Positions 24,130-37,598 of a stretch of 64,000 bases of DNA are shown here, one piece after another. Origin of the DNA: Callorhinchus milii (lineage: Eukaryota); assembly GCF_018977255.1 (NCBI RefSeq), contig NW_024704742.1, positions 117,182,001 to 117,246,000 of the forward strand. Reading direction: 5' to 3'. The notes under the pieces were generated by a model. It made no database searches, was not told where the DNA came from, and was given only the letters and a program-made list of their open reading frames with translations. How positions within the stretch are numbered: the first letter of the stretch is position 1; every line of letters starts with the position of its first letter. The translations under genes were made by a program, and so were the position numbers.

Positions 24130-24630
24130 AGCTAGGAGGTAAGGAGAGGAAGGTTTTCAGGCGGGACTTGAAAAATGAGAGAGTGGGCAAGGTGGAATGA
24201 CTGAGGGAGAGTGTTCCACAGATTCGGGGCATAGGAGCTGAAAGTGTGACCTCCAATGGTGGAGTGGAGTGTGCGAGGGACAAGTAAGAGGCCAGTTTCA
24301 GTCGAGCGGAGGTGCTGAGTGGTGGATTGGGGAGTGAGGAGGTCAGAGAGGTAGGGAGGTGCTTGCTCAGGTCCTGACCCAACTGTACAGCGCCTTGGGT
24401 CGTCCTCCCGACGTGAAAGGCGCTCTATAAATGGAATCTTGTTGTTGTTGTTGTTGAATGGATTTGAACGCAAGTGTGAGAATCTTGAAGTCGATCCATT
24501 CGGTGATGGGGAGCCAGTGGAGCCTGGCCAGAACTGGTGAGATGGAGATATGGAATTTAGTCCGGGTAACACCATCCAACAAATTACATTTGTATAGTGC
24601 CTTTCACGTCGGGAGGACGTCCCAAAGAAC
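24130..24630 (-). mobile_element. L2 3' fragment with additional nested L2 tails (~24385-24456, ~24580-24628)
   Basis: LHWLP..IDFKIL and APNLWNTLP motifs; repeated hairpin tails. Confidence 0.8.
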
Positions 24631-27624
24631 GAGGAGCAAGGGAGCAGGTAGAACACAAGGAACCAGCCACAACAATTTACATTATATAATGCCTTTCACA
24701 TCAGGAAGGCATCATATAGCTGAGTGGAAACATAAAACTGGGGGTGGGGATGCAGGTGAAAATGGAGATACTGCAGGTTTGCCCTTGTGCAATACCAAAT
24801 AATGGGTGTGCTGCTCATTTGCACATATATGGGAAAAGAACACTTACAAAGCTGTAAATATCAAAGAGTTAACACACATGATAGAAATGACACATCAGCC
24901 AACTGTAGCAGCATTGGCAAATGCCTTGAAACAGATTGATCACCCACTTTGTTGGTTACTGAAGTGTGGCTTCTGAAAGATTGAATTGATATACGACAGT
25001 GGGAAAAAGCAAGGAAACGTAATAATAATCCTTGCATTTAGTATTTACAGCAAAGATGTCAGCCTGGCTCCTATGGTAGCACTTAAAGTTGGTAGCTTTA
25101 TCCCGCTATCACAATGCTTCACAGGATTTCACTGTAAACTGAAGTGATTGGGTTTTTCTAGGTAAATGCGACAGCTAATTTGAGCACAGCAATCTCCCAC
25201 AAACAGCCATGAAGTGAATGACCAATTTTATCTGGAGGATTTGTTGGCCAGAACTCTGGAAGAAATTGTTTTCTCTTTTTTGAATAGTTCCCTTAGGATC
25301 CTTAACATCCACCTATTTCATCTGAAGGACAATGCAATGATCCCCCAGAACTATCAACCTCTAAGCTAAAAGTGCTGAACCCACACCTTTCTGACTCAAA
25401 GGTGAGACTGCTACCAAACTGAGCCAGGTCACTGCCTGTATTTCACGTGTCAATATTTTTGGATCAGCCAAGTGTCTGACACATGCAGAAACCCATAACT
25501 GTGCTTAAAAGTATCCAACCCAGACTGAGAGTTCCATGTATGCTACCTTGCCATTCTGGAACTTGCATTTACATAGCATCCTTCATGCAGGATAATGTCT
25601 CAGAGTGCTGACAATTATTGTATAGTAGTTTTTTTTCACTAAATGTTTCTTAAATGTTTCTTTGGTGGTAGTGAAGCCCTGTTGTGAGCTCTCACACACT
25701 GAGACTGAATTTTTAAAACCGCGATAATGCAAAGGCTCCAGTCCCCATTCAGATTTAGATTTGCCTGACCTCACAGCAATGCGTAGGTAGGTTACTAATC
25801 CACTCTTGGGCTATGCGGAACAGCCATGTTGCAAAATGTGCTATTGACAGAATTTCGAGAAGCCTTCAGTGTATCCACAGATGCCTGCTATAGCATTTAT
25901 GCAGCACATCCAAAATCCTGCGTTTTTTTCTGCTTTCTTGTTTGAGTAGTCTCTGCAGAGACACATCCTGAGTGTCAGATAACTTGACTCACAATCTGTT
26001 GTGTAACATTGCAAACCAAATATATGACAAAGGAGTGAGCTGAAGAGAAAGTCCTTCAGTTGATTGAAGCATCCTTGAGGATGTTCACAGTATCAAGGGA
26101 AATGGATTCCAGTGACAGGAAGGCTCAGCAGGCATTAGATTCTTTAAGTGGAAATTCAACAATAGAAAAAAAATTGAAGAATTGTCTTTCATTCAAACTT
26201 CAAAGAAACTACAACATTTAACTGTTTTTGCTACTTAACCCTTAGAATGTCAGTAGTCCCATGGAACTTCATGTGTCATTCATTGACCAGTTGTGTAAGT
26301 TATTGAGCTCATGAGCTTATGACAATGAAACAAATGCTAATATAGTTGTATTTTTATTGTAATAAAGATACTCCAATTTCAGTTACAGCAATAACAATTT
26401 GTATTTATACAGCAGCCTTCCCCTGGGTAGCATCTCAGAACACTTAACCGTAGTATAGCCTGATGCTGAGCCTGGTTGAGGTGACTGTAGGCACAATCTA
26501 AGTGTCAGATGTGATGTGAAAATGTTTAAGGAGAGGGCAAGGTAGAGGGACTGAGGCAGAGAGTTCCATCGTTTTGAGGCATAGTGGCTGAAAACATGGC
26601 TACTGATGGTGGAGTGAAGGGACCAAGGGAAATGCAGGAGGCCGGAGAACTCTCTTCCAAAATATCTGATTCTCACTCCGTATCTCTCTGTTTTCAAAAT
26701 GTTTCTAACGACATATCTTTTTGATTGCACCTTTGGTCACCGCCACCTAATCTCCCACTACCTTCCTCCCAGCTCAGGCTCCCATTCCATCTTTGCAAAG
26801 TGCTTTGAGATGTTCTCCCTGAGTGAAAGATAGTTTATCAATGGAAATTGTCATAATTATTTTGGAAGCAGTGCAGTTTGTTAATACTTTTGGTATAAGG
26901 TGAAGCTCAATAAAAAGAAGGGGAAACCTGTGACTGAAATAAAACTTGAACCATCCAGTTTCTTCATTATTGCCATTAGGTTAAATATTGTAGCTGAAAT
27001 AAAGTTGGCAAATCTTGGAACAAACTGACCTAACTGTGTATTTCACTCCAGAAGTGAGTTAGAATTTTAGAATGTTACATAACCATACACTACTTCACTG
27101 CTTGGTACATGAATTACATTGCCAACGCCTAATCACACTGGGTAGGATTCCATTTATGCAAGATGCATTGGTGCTAAGTGTAATTTATGGCATCACAGTG
27201 CTACAAATAAAACACTTTTACTCATGGGGTGAGTGAGTAATATAGCAGTGCCACAAGAATTTTTTAATTGAAAACTTACCCCAGTGTGCTATTGCATGCC
27301 AGATTCATGAATGACTAACACTATGTGCTGGGAGTCAAAGAGAGGTTAGAAACAATGGAAACACTGATAGACGGGAGCATTTGCTCTCTGCCTCCAATAA
27401 AGTACAGCGCCCTATTTATGCAAGATTTTGCTTTGCACCACCTCTAGTGGGAAAGGAATGAAAATATTGTAAATAATTGTGCTATTACACAAGTATTAAT
27501 ATTTAGGTCACATAGGCAATACATAATAATAATATTGTGCATAATATAATTAATAATAAAATAATAATATTGTGCAAACAATACAAGCATTGGGATCAAA
27601 AAAGTGATATGGAATGGGATTCAA

Positions 27625-27935
27625 CAACTATAATAACAAATTGGATTTATATAGCGCCTTTCACGTCAGGAGGATGGACAGTCAAGAGTTTGCACCCGAG
27701 CTGTGGGCTGGTGTCAAGAAGAGTGGAGGGCAAGGTGGGTAGTGGGAAGATGACTAAATGCACAGTCGAAGTGGAAGCCTTGAGACAGGCCTTGAAGGAG
27801 GAAAGGGAAGGGGTGAGGCCAAAGGGCTCCGGGATGGAGTTCCAGAGGTTGGGTGCAGAAAGGCTAAAAGCCCGACCTCCAACGGTGGAGTGGGCAGGGT
27901 GTGGGATGTGGAGAGGCCAGTACTTGCTGATTCAC
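27625..27935 (-). mobile_element. L2 3' fragment (further short ones at ~26390-26660, ~26700-26860, ~28500-29000)
   Basis: Similarity to 3' end of 5372-6050. Confidence 0.7.
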
Positions 27936-30900
27936 TGAAGACTTAGTGTTGTGAACAGGGAATGTTGCCGTTAATGCAGTATGTCATGGCCACCTGATGG
28001 GAACCCTGCAATCTATTTCTGAAACTTCAGAGCAGGAATCCAGGGAGTTAGCCGTGACATGTCAGCAAATCTGAGACACAATTAGTGAAATCAGTTTTGC
28101 CCTGTCGCTTCTTCGACCAAACATTTTATATGGGAACAAAAAGATTATCAGATGTTATATTTATACTGCTGGAAACAAAGGAACCATGTGATGTGGAGAT
28201 GGCATCTGATTTATTTTTCCCTCTCCTCATTGCATTGCACTGGGCCTGTTAAAAGAGAACAAACTGAGTTTGGAGTTCTGCAACTGCATAGCTCAGTGCA
28301 TGAGCAGAATTCTGAAAGCAATGTTAGGTTTTTTTAATGGAGTCTAATTTTCAATAATTTGCATTGAGTGTAGAAAGTGTTAATTTGAGTTTCCTTGGAT
28401 GGTGTGAAAGATCAGTTTTGGATCAGGACTTCTGTAACTTTTTCTCGCTTCCTCCTATTAAACTTTGAGTATGCTTTCTAAACACTCTTCTTCTTCCCTG
28501 GATCCTCACTGGGTTGAAATCAAGACTTACCGCAACATCGTGTACATTGGCTCATTCTCCTCACAACTATAAAGTTCTATCAAGCATCTTTCTTTGACCA
28601 AGCCTCTATTCATCTTTCCCCTCCCCACCCTCCTTGGCTCCGACCCCCAGCTCGGGTGCCCAGCCAACAGTGTCAAGTGCTTTGGGATGTCCTCATGCTA
28701 TATAAGCATAAATTTGTATTTGTTTATAGTATTGGATCTATCTTTCCGTCATATCACCCTCTAATAATCTACAGGATTCTATCTCCACTCTGGAACTACA
28801 TCCCAAGGTTCCTCCATTTCACCCCTACCTCGTCACCCTTGAAACCCACCTAAAGACCTTCCTTTTTGATCAGCTTTTGGTCTCTCTACCTCCTCAAGCT
28901 TCGTAGGCTTCTCCTCACACTTCCAACTTGAGCTCCCGATTAGTTCTGTGAAGTGCTTTAAGATATCCTCTCGATATGAAAGGTGCTATATAAATTTAAA
29001 ATCGGTCTTGCTACTATTGGATTCCAAAACCTAAGTATGGCGTCACCTGACCTTGACTTCTCTTCCGCTCCTTCCAATCTTCGTTGTTTCCTACACTAAG
29101 GATATTGAGCTTTTATCCAGGTTTCGCAATAAAACAAAGTGGCTACATTGTCCCTTCATCCTTTTTCTCCCTTCTGGATTCCCTGGACCATGCATTAACT
29201 AGCTGTTGGAAGCTGAAGTGAGGCTTCCAGCTCCTTAAATAGTACAACAATCTGTCCACTTGCTGTTTACAAGGTTGCAAAATACCACTTACTCTAGTCT
29301 TGGGCAGATGCCAGCTCTCTCCAAGTTGCAGAAGGACAACTGCAGCCAAGAGGGCAGACCGGCAGGCAACCTCCTTCCAGGCATTCAGCCAATAACTCCA
29401 GTCGACAAACGCAAGGCATGTACAAGACCCAAGGACAACGCTTCTGATTTTCCCACCTCATAGGGAAACAGGGGGCCTCTGCCCAGGTCCTTCTCACACC
29501 ACAGCAAGCCCAATCAGTATAGGATTAAATGTACTTCCCATTCCCACATCTACTCCGTGGGGATCACAGTCTCTTGCTCCTGTGTGCCAATTCATACACA
29601 AGATATTTAAAGCCACTTTTACTTTCTTTTCTGAGAGAACATTTTACATTTGAAGTATTTTGATTGCATCCCTCCAGGGAGAGAGTACGCATTCCATTCC
29701 AACAATCTATCTCTAGAGTTTCCATGTGTAGGTGGGATGCGTGGAAATCTCAACTTGGTTTGGATACTCTTAATGGTGATGGGTTTCCAGATGTGTCAGG
29801 CACCTGGCTGATCAAAAAAAGTGTTTGCCTTTCAATTTTCTCTTTAAAATGTGTTCACTGCATGGTGCCAAAAGGATGCTATCCCCATATCACAGCTGTT
29901 TCATGTTGTATTAGAATTTATTTTTTTAGTTTAGCTTTATTCCCAGCGCCCTGGGACGTCCTCCCAATGTGAAGGCCGCTATACAAATGTAATTTTATAG
30001 TTGCTTGTTGTTGGTTTATTCAATAACAATATAATTGAAGAATTCAGCATTTCTTTAAAATTGTTCTACCAACAGAGGACTTAACTCCGAATTTATTAAA
30101 CAAATTGAAATGAAAATAAAATCCCATGCTACATCTTTGGGGGAATGGGAAAGTGCACCAAAGGGATTCCTGCGGTAGGGAACGTGTCTTTCCCTAACTT
30201 GAAGCAAAACACCACTATTGAAGACATGAATAAACAGTAGGAGAACTGCTGTTCAAGTGAACAAGTCTGTCTTATAAGTGTCAATATCCTGGAGCTCAGA
30301 GGGATTGTAAAATTAGAGTAGAACAGTACAGTGCAGGAGAAAATTACTGAGAAATAACGGAGTAGGAGAAAATCAGAGAGAACGTAGGATAGAGCTGCAA
30401 AAGGAGTTAGCAGCCAGAGTGGAAAGTGGCAGATTAAACTGATAAATTCCAACTACTGCAGTGTAGAGCAGAGCTGGACCAGGAGAGGGTGCTCTCAGTA
30501 AGAGCTAAATCACAGCTAAGGCAAGAGGGAAGGACAGACATTTGTGGTCTTGTTTAGTGAACATTGTATGACACGTGAAACGAGAACAAATGCCTCACAG
30601 AGCATAATGTGATGAGCAGTAAACGAACACAGCGCCTGCAGAAACAAAGCGTGACAGGAGACTAAAGGATTATGGCTGGTAATAAGATTCAAATTGATAC
30701 GGCTTTTAAAGAAGCTTTCTTTCTTACAATTGAAACATTAGGATATCTTCTAATAGGTGGAGTTAGCACAGTTTATCAGACTGTCTTTGATTTGCTTTAT
30801 AATCTTTGTTTTTGCAATTAAGTAGATAACTCACTTGAAGTGATTTTCTTTTTGAGTGAGTTATCCTTTCCTTTTGGACCCCTAAATATATGGACACAAT

Positions 30901-31590
30901 CAACAAATGTTAGTCAAAGTATGCAAGTTACTTGACACAAGGTTTATTTTGGAGACATGTGTTAGTACTTTGCCAGATATAATATTACAAAGGAACTTAC
31001 TTGAAACCACTACTTACCTGCCCGCAGTTTTTAATGTGATGAGGATTGCAGTAGACTTGCCGCGCCACGTCTGAAGTTATATTTATGCTTTATTTTTCAC
31101 TCAGATGGCACAACACAGTGATGCGCGCTCCAATTATTACCACTTTTCCTGCCTGCCCAGACATCTTACAGAGTTGTCCACTCCGCCAGCAAATCTCCGA
31201 GACCCAGGGATGCTGTGCAAAATCTAATGGAAAACAATCCTTGGTTACCTCCTTCCCTTCCCCGACCCCCCAATTCCCAAATGGAAAAAGATTGTCACCT
31301 TCAATGGAAAAAGAAAACAGGCCTAGCTGTTGGGGGTAGGGGTGGGGTAGGGTAGAGGCAGAGGCAGTAGTAATTATCAATTAATTATCCTTGTATTTGA
31401 TATAGTGCCTTATCACGTTGTTGAGGCATCTCAAAGCACTTCGCAGAATATATGGTAAAGTGGATTGACTGTGTATTTTATGGCCGAAATGCAGCAGCCA
31501 ATTGTGCGGAGTATATAGCATAGTGGAGGCTCGACCAATTCACCAGTATTTGGCAATGGAAAGGCTCACTCCAGGCTGTATTCTGAGAGA

Positions 31591-31722
31591 ACTGGGTTCT
31601 GATGAAGGGTTGTAGACCCCAAACGGTGACTCACTTTCCTTACTCCAACCTGCCTGACCTGCTGAGTGTTCCCAGCAACTTCTGTTTTTGTTTCAGACTT
31701 CCAGCATCTGAAGTATTTTGTG
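31591..31722 (+). mobile_element. Short Penelope-like (pLTR-derived) element with degenerate hammerhead core
   Basis: Flanked by identical 10-mers ttctgagaga (31581-31590, 31723-31732); homologous to arms of 61518-61730. Confidence 0.65.
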
Positions 31723-32299
31723 TTCTGAGAGAGTCTGTCTAGGGGCCTTTGGGACTCCTTATGGCGGATATATTCTGCAAGTCTTGGAAATGATTACAAA
31801 TGCACATTTCTGATAACTGTACCTTTCTGATAACTACAAAGAACACAGGTGGCAGCAGCAGCCTGGTCCCCAGCAGATTTGAGACCACAGCACCAGCTAA
31901 GCAAACACTAAGAGCCTTGTGATGAAAGCAATGTGGGAAATGAAAGAGTCATCTGAAGCAGTAAAGCTCTCTTCTGAGTTTGCAGTGAACGTTTTGAAGA
32001 AGGACCTCACGGAGATTGATCTAACAGCTTATAGCTTCCAGATTCCACAGAGATTTCTATTTCTTAGGGGAAAAAACACACTTAAATCTTTCTTGAAATA
32101 ATAGACTTCCCTCTATCAAGGCTCACTCCCCAGGATTGCTCTCAACATGTTTTTGTGCTAGTGGTTATGTTCTCACACATCAGTGGCTGTTATACACATT
32201 TTGGTTTGATAGGATTGTAGAAATTATAGCAGAAGGAAGGCTCTTGGTCCATTGAGCCTGTGTTGGTTTCTTTGAAAAGAGTTCTACAATATGCTCCAT

Positions 32300-33333
32300 T
32301 CTGATTGGAAGTAAGAAGCATTCCCTTCTGACTGGAGGGAAGTATACAGTGGTGTCCCCCAGGGTCGGTATTAGGACCACTGTTGTCTTTAGTCTATATA
32401 AATGACCTGGACCTGGGTATAGGGAGCACAATTTCCAAGTTTGCAGTTGATACAAAGCTAGCAAAAGTAGTAAACAGTGAGGAGGATAGTATCAGACTTC
32501 AAGAGGACCTAGACAGACTAGTAAAATGGGCAGACACGTGGCAGATGAAATTTGTATTGTGGAGAAATGAAAAGTGATGCATTTTGAGGGAAAGAATGAG
32601 GAGAGGCAATATAAGCTAAATTATACAATCTTAATGGGGTGAAGGAACAGAGAGACCTGGGGGTTCATATAAGTAAATCTTTGAAGGTGGCAGGACAGGC
32701 AGATAAAGCTGTTAAAAGAAAGCATATGAGATCCTTGGATTTATAAATAGGGCCATAGAATACAAAAGTCAGGAAATTATGATGAACCTTTATAAAACAC
32801 TGGTTAGGCCTCAGCTAGAGTAGTGTATTCAGTTCTGGGCAGCACACTTTAGGAAGGATGTCAAGGCTTTGGAGAGGGTGCAAAGGAGATGTACTAGGAT
32901 GATACCAGGAATGAGGGCTTGAGTTATGTGGAGAGACTAGAGAAGCTAGGATTGTTCTCCTTGGAGCAGAGAAGTTTAAGGGGAGATTTAATAGAGGTGT
33001 TCAAAATTATGAGGGGATTTGACAGAGTGAAAAGGGAGGGGTGGGTCAGTAACCAGAGGACACAGATTTAAAATAGTTGCCAAAAGAACCAGAGGGGAGT
33101 TGAGAATTTTTTTCACACAGTTGGACTTGTTTGGATCTAGAATGCCCTGCCTGAAAGGGTGGTGTAAGCAGATTCAATAACAACTTTCAAGAGAGAAGTG
33201 GATAGATATTTGGCGAGGACAATTAACAAGACTATGGGGGAATGGGAATGATTTGGATAGCTCTTTCAAAGAGCCAGCACAGACACAGTGGGCTGAATGG
33301 CCTCTTTCTGTGTTGTATAATTCTATGATTCTA
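32300..33333 (+). mobile_element. CR1-clade LINE 3' fragment
   Basis: GVPQG, YINDLD..ISKFAVDTKL, LQEDLDRL..WA..WQMKF; 3' end GGGCTGAATGGCCT...ATTCTATGATTCTA. Confidence 0.92.
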
Positions 33334-36197
33334 CATCCATCAGGGATTTGGATTGCAGGATAGAGGACAAGTGTTCATCTCAAACTCTACCTTGTTTTAC
33401 TATGGAAATATTTTTGTCAGACATGTCTATGGAACCAATTCAGTCCCAGGTTACTTCCCCTCACAGAAAAACATTTTATGAACATAACACTTATTTTCAT
33501 CAAACTCAAAAGGGTGAAAGGTTGATTGGATCCAATGGAGGAACCTGTTCCAAATCCGGTACACAGTCAACTAATCTATGACAAAAAGGCTGAGAATTAA
33601 ACATTTACACTGTTTATTACTTTGTAAGACAGAATCACAATTCTCATATTTTTAGTCAGTACCGTGCTGGGGAACATTTTGGTATTGAATGGGAGCTCCG
33701 CATCCTGCCAACTGCACAGTTACAGTTCTTAGAGCACAGCAGATTACCGGTGGTCTGGATAAGTAATATTAGCAATATGACAAAGGGGTTTAAGTTAGTA
33801 AAAGTAACAAAGCAAATCACTAGTTCCAATAGATCCCATAATACAATTTGAAAAGAGAAAGGAGATTCTCCTGGTGACCTGGTCAACATCCCTCTGTAAA
33901 ATTAGTCATTCATATCATGGTTTGTGGGACATTGTTGTGCACAAATTGGGTGACACATTTGCCCACAAAACACAGTCAGTCACTTCACAGTATATCCTGT
34001 GAAGTGCTTTAGGATGTGTCCCTGACATGAAAGGCATTGTACTAAATGCATAAATTATAATAATAATAATATCAAATATTTACTTACATTGGTGGAAATG
34101 TTATGCATTTAGAATAACATGAGTAGCAATAATGTGTACATTGAAAGAAAATAGTCTATCATGTCTCTCTAAGCAACTAAGTCCTTCCTGAATCTCTCAG
34201 ACCCTATTCGAGTTGGTTATTCTTCCCACAGATATCCTTCTGAATATCATCTGAGGCCTATCTTGACAGCTGTGTGTAGCTCACCCCAATTACTAGTCAC
34301 TCTAAATAAGTGCATTCAGCACTTACTTGATGTGGCACACTTGTTGCTATCTACATTTACCAATTGTGTGTCACTTACTGTGCTATAAGAGGTTAAATGT
34401 CCCAGTCGTGTATCAATTCTTTACCTGCCTGTTGGATTTATGAAAGTGTGCAGCATTTGAGGAAGGAAGGAGGCAATCAACAAGCAAAGGGCTCATTGTA
34501 TGTCCCTCCTTCCTACGGATATCCTTCTGATATCAGCAAAGGGGCTGCATCACCCCCTACAGGTGAACAAGAATGACCATTTTGATGTAAGGTTCCAGTG
34601 ACTGATGGTTCTGCGTAATTGTTCGGAGCATGAGTGAGTGCCCTGAGGAGAAATAGGGAGAAAATTGAACAAGAAATAAAAACATTGAGTTGATCGCCCT
34701 AAAGTCTCCTGTTCCTCAATTTTTTTTCTTTCTAAATATGTTTTTAAGTTTGGCGGGAGATTCATTGCTAGATATATGCATATTTTTATGTGCTATATCA
34801 TTGTACCATTATCACAGTAATTGCATTCCGTCAGTCTTGTTTTTCATTATTATCATGTATTAATTCCTTAATTGTAATATTTAAGTGCTCAGATTTACCA
34901 TGTGTATGTTTAATGAGGTGCAAAATTTTATAATAAAAAGTTATTATAACTTAATTTCAAAGTTTATCTTCAATACACTGTTCAATTCCAAGTGGCATTA
35001 GTGCAAACTGAGGATCAAGTATGTAGTACTCTGAGTTTGCATGTCTGAGTTTGACACAAGATGATGACATTAACAATCAAGGGAGTTTTGAGAGATTTAT
35101 GAAATCTCATCTACCCATATTCATATTTTGGATTTCCTCATAAAAATATGTACTAGTTGCTAATACATTTCACCACTCAACTTCAATTTTAATGAAATAA
35201 CAACTTTCACAATAAAAATGATGAATCCTTAATTTGCAAGTTTATATTCAACACATTGTGACTTGCATTATTTACATTAAGTAAACTTTTGATTTACATG
35301 TGCTGATTTACTAAATCCTGATTTAATTACATCATTGTTGAAATATTTGTTAGTACATCAAAGCACATTTTCTCTATTAAAGTAAATACATTTTGGACTT
35401 TTCCGAAAACACTTTATTTAGATTTAGTACATTAAATCCTGCCCTTGATCCATTTAATCTCTCCAGGAAAACCCTCTGATTCCCAAAGATTTTCAAGCAA
35501 AATATTCTTCCACATCACATCTCCACTATTTAAACCTGACCCAGTGGCCTACACAAATAACATCGCTTTTCCCACTCGAGAGGTACAGCAACAAATGTCT
35601 CTGAAATATTTTATCATCTATTACCACTTTTACATTGTGGTCCCTGAGGTTTGAAACGTGATGACAAACAAAATAAGCAAACATTTCTAAATGAAGAGAT
35701 TCCAATCAGCAGAAAAACTGGCAACATTTTAGAAAGCTCAAACATTAAGAAACTGAAATTCTTGTACTTTTGCTGGTTCATTTGAAACCTACAGGTATAA
35801 TAATAAAAATTATCCGACTAAGCAAGTATATGTGTACAATACAATGCTAAATAATAATAATCCTTACATTTGATTCTAGCGGTTTTCACGTCGGAAGGAT
35901 AAATCTAAACAATTGTATTCTATAAAATATAGACTTTACTGTATATTTTGTATCAAATGCAACAGCCAACTTGCACTCAGCAATGTCCCAAAATCAGCCA
36001 TGAAGTGAACAACCAATATAGTGAATAGTTTCTGTTTTTCTGCATGAATGTTTATGTTTGCACAATCTCTTAATGAATGTATAGTAAATACATGCAATCC
36101 CTGAGTGGCAGTCTAAATGTATGCTAGGTACTTACTAGGTGTGTATATGTGTAATGCATATAAGTGTGTGTATCTAAATGTTTACAATGGATGATCA

Positions 36198-36356
36198 CAG
36201 TGAACTCCTGATAACTCGATCCTGGCTTAACTTGTCACTACCATTTAAGTCATCATGATGTCAATATCTTGCACATTTATTTATGTATTAATGCATATGC
36301 CTAAATCACCACTCCAGATAACTCATCATTGAACCCTTTTCCCTTGGAGTTTACTG
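36198..36356. mobile_element. Tigger/pogo-like MITE
   Basis: TIRs cagtgaactcc ... ggagtttactg (1 mismatch), TA on the right side. Confidence 0.5.
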
Positions 36357-36390
36357 TACTACCAGTGTATAAGTTCATAAGGTTGCAGTA

Positions 36391-36854
36391 CAGTGAAATT
36401 CAGTGAATTGAATATCGGATATTTGAACAGTTCGGTTTATTGATTAGAATTTAGAAATCCCAAATCATTTGCACACCTTATCTAAGTATATAGATCGGTT
36501 AATTGAATACCAGATGCACAAATAATTTGGTTTATCAAATAATTGCCCAAGTGACCATTCGTAGAAAAAGCAATTAATCTGAGTCCAGATAAATAATGCC
36601 AACTCCAGATCACACCAATACAACACAGCACGAATGTCAGGGTCCTCTCCTCCCTCCCCTTGTGTTGGATGGTTGGCCTTGTGTGAGTGGGGATGTGTCT
36701 GTTTGGGTTTCACGTTCTGGTGCAGTTGGAGGCCGGGTGGCTCAAGGTCTGGGAGATGAGGCTCCTCTTATATTTAGTCCAGTTGTACGAATAGTTTGGT
36801 TTATTGAATAAATTTCGCTGTCAAATTGAGTATTCACTGAACAGAATCTCACTA
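36391..36854. mobile_element. Second Tigger/pogo-like MITE
   Basis: TA-cagtgaaattcagtgaattgaata ... tattcactgaacagaatctcacta-TA imperfect TIRs; internal ggt(t)tattgaata sub-repeats. Confidence 0.5.
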
Positions 36855-37013
36855 TATCTGAACGAGTGTGTATGTGTGTAAGTATTGATGTGGACAAAAT
36901 ACTCAGTAAAGTGTACACTTTACAGTGTATCATGTGAAGCGCTTTGACATCCTTCCAATGTAAAAGGAGCTATAACGAATGTAATGATTATTATCATAAA
37001 CATCCTGTACTGG

Positions 37014-37595
37014 TTATATTTACAGTATAACCAGTACGCAATGTTTTTGGAAATGGAAATATGTAATAATAATCCTTAATAATCTTTGCATTTGTATAGC
37101 GCCTTTCATGTCAGGAGGACGTCGCAAAGCTCTTCACACTGCAAAGTTCAGTGACTGTATATTGTTTCGTAGGCCTTTTTGTTTGTCAGCCGGGTGTCTG
37201 ACACATGCGGAAACCCATCACCATCCTTAAGAGTATCCGAACCAAGCCGGGATTTCCACGCATCCCACCTACACCTACACCTGGAAATCCCAGGGATAGA
37301 TTGTTGGAATGAAATGCGCACTCTCTCCCTGGAGGGACACATCCTACTCACCTAAGTCCAGGAAGCATTAGGCGCAGGTTGGCAAGAGTCCAGGCTTGGG
37401 GACCCCCAGTTTGAGGTAACTGCTGGAGTCCAAGCAGCTAAAACCACAGAGCTGGCCAGGGATGTGTAAATTATATTTACAGTATAACCAGTATGCAATG
37501 TTTTTGGAAATGGAAATATGCAATAATAATCCTTAATAATCTTTGCATTTGTATAGCGCCTTTCATGTCAGGAGGACGTCGCAAAGCTCTTCACA
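37014..37595 (+). repeat. 125-bp direct repeat (37014-37138 and 37471-37595)
   Basis: Two mismatches by eye; offset 457 bp. Confidence 0.9.
37066..37466 (-). mobile_element. Unclassified interspersed repeat (SINE-like) ending in the L2-type tail
   Basis: Homologous segments at ~16630-16890, ~25461-25545 and inverted ~29666-29815; 3' end is the hairpin tail plus ATTATT. Confidence 0.7.
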
Positions 37596-37598
37596 AAA

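Noticed and set aside
29040..31380. Possible small gene between SV2C and IQGAP2
   Set aside because: Short ORFs with no recognisable similarity and no consistent exon chain; partly old repeats
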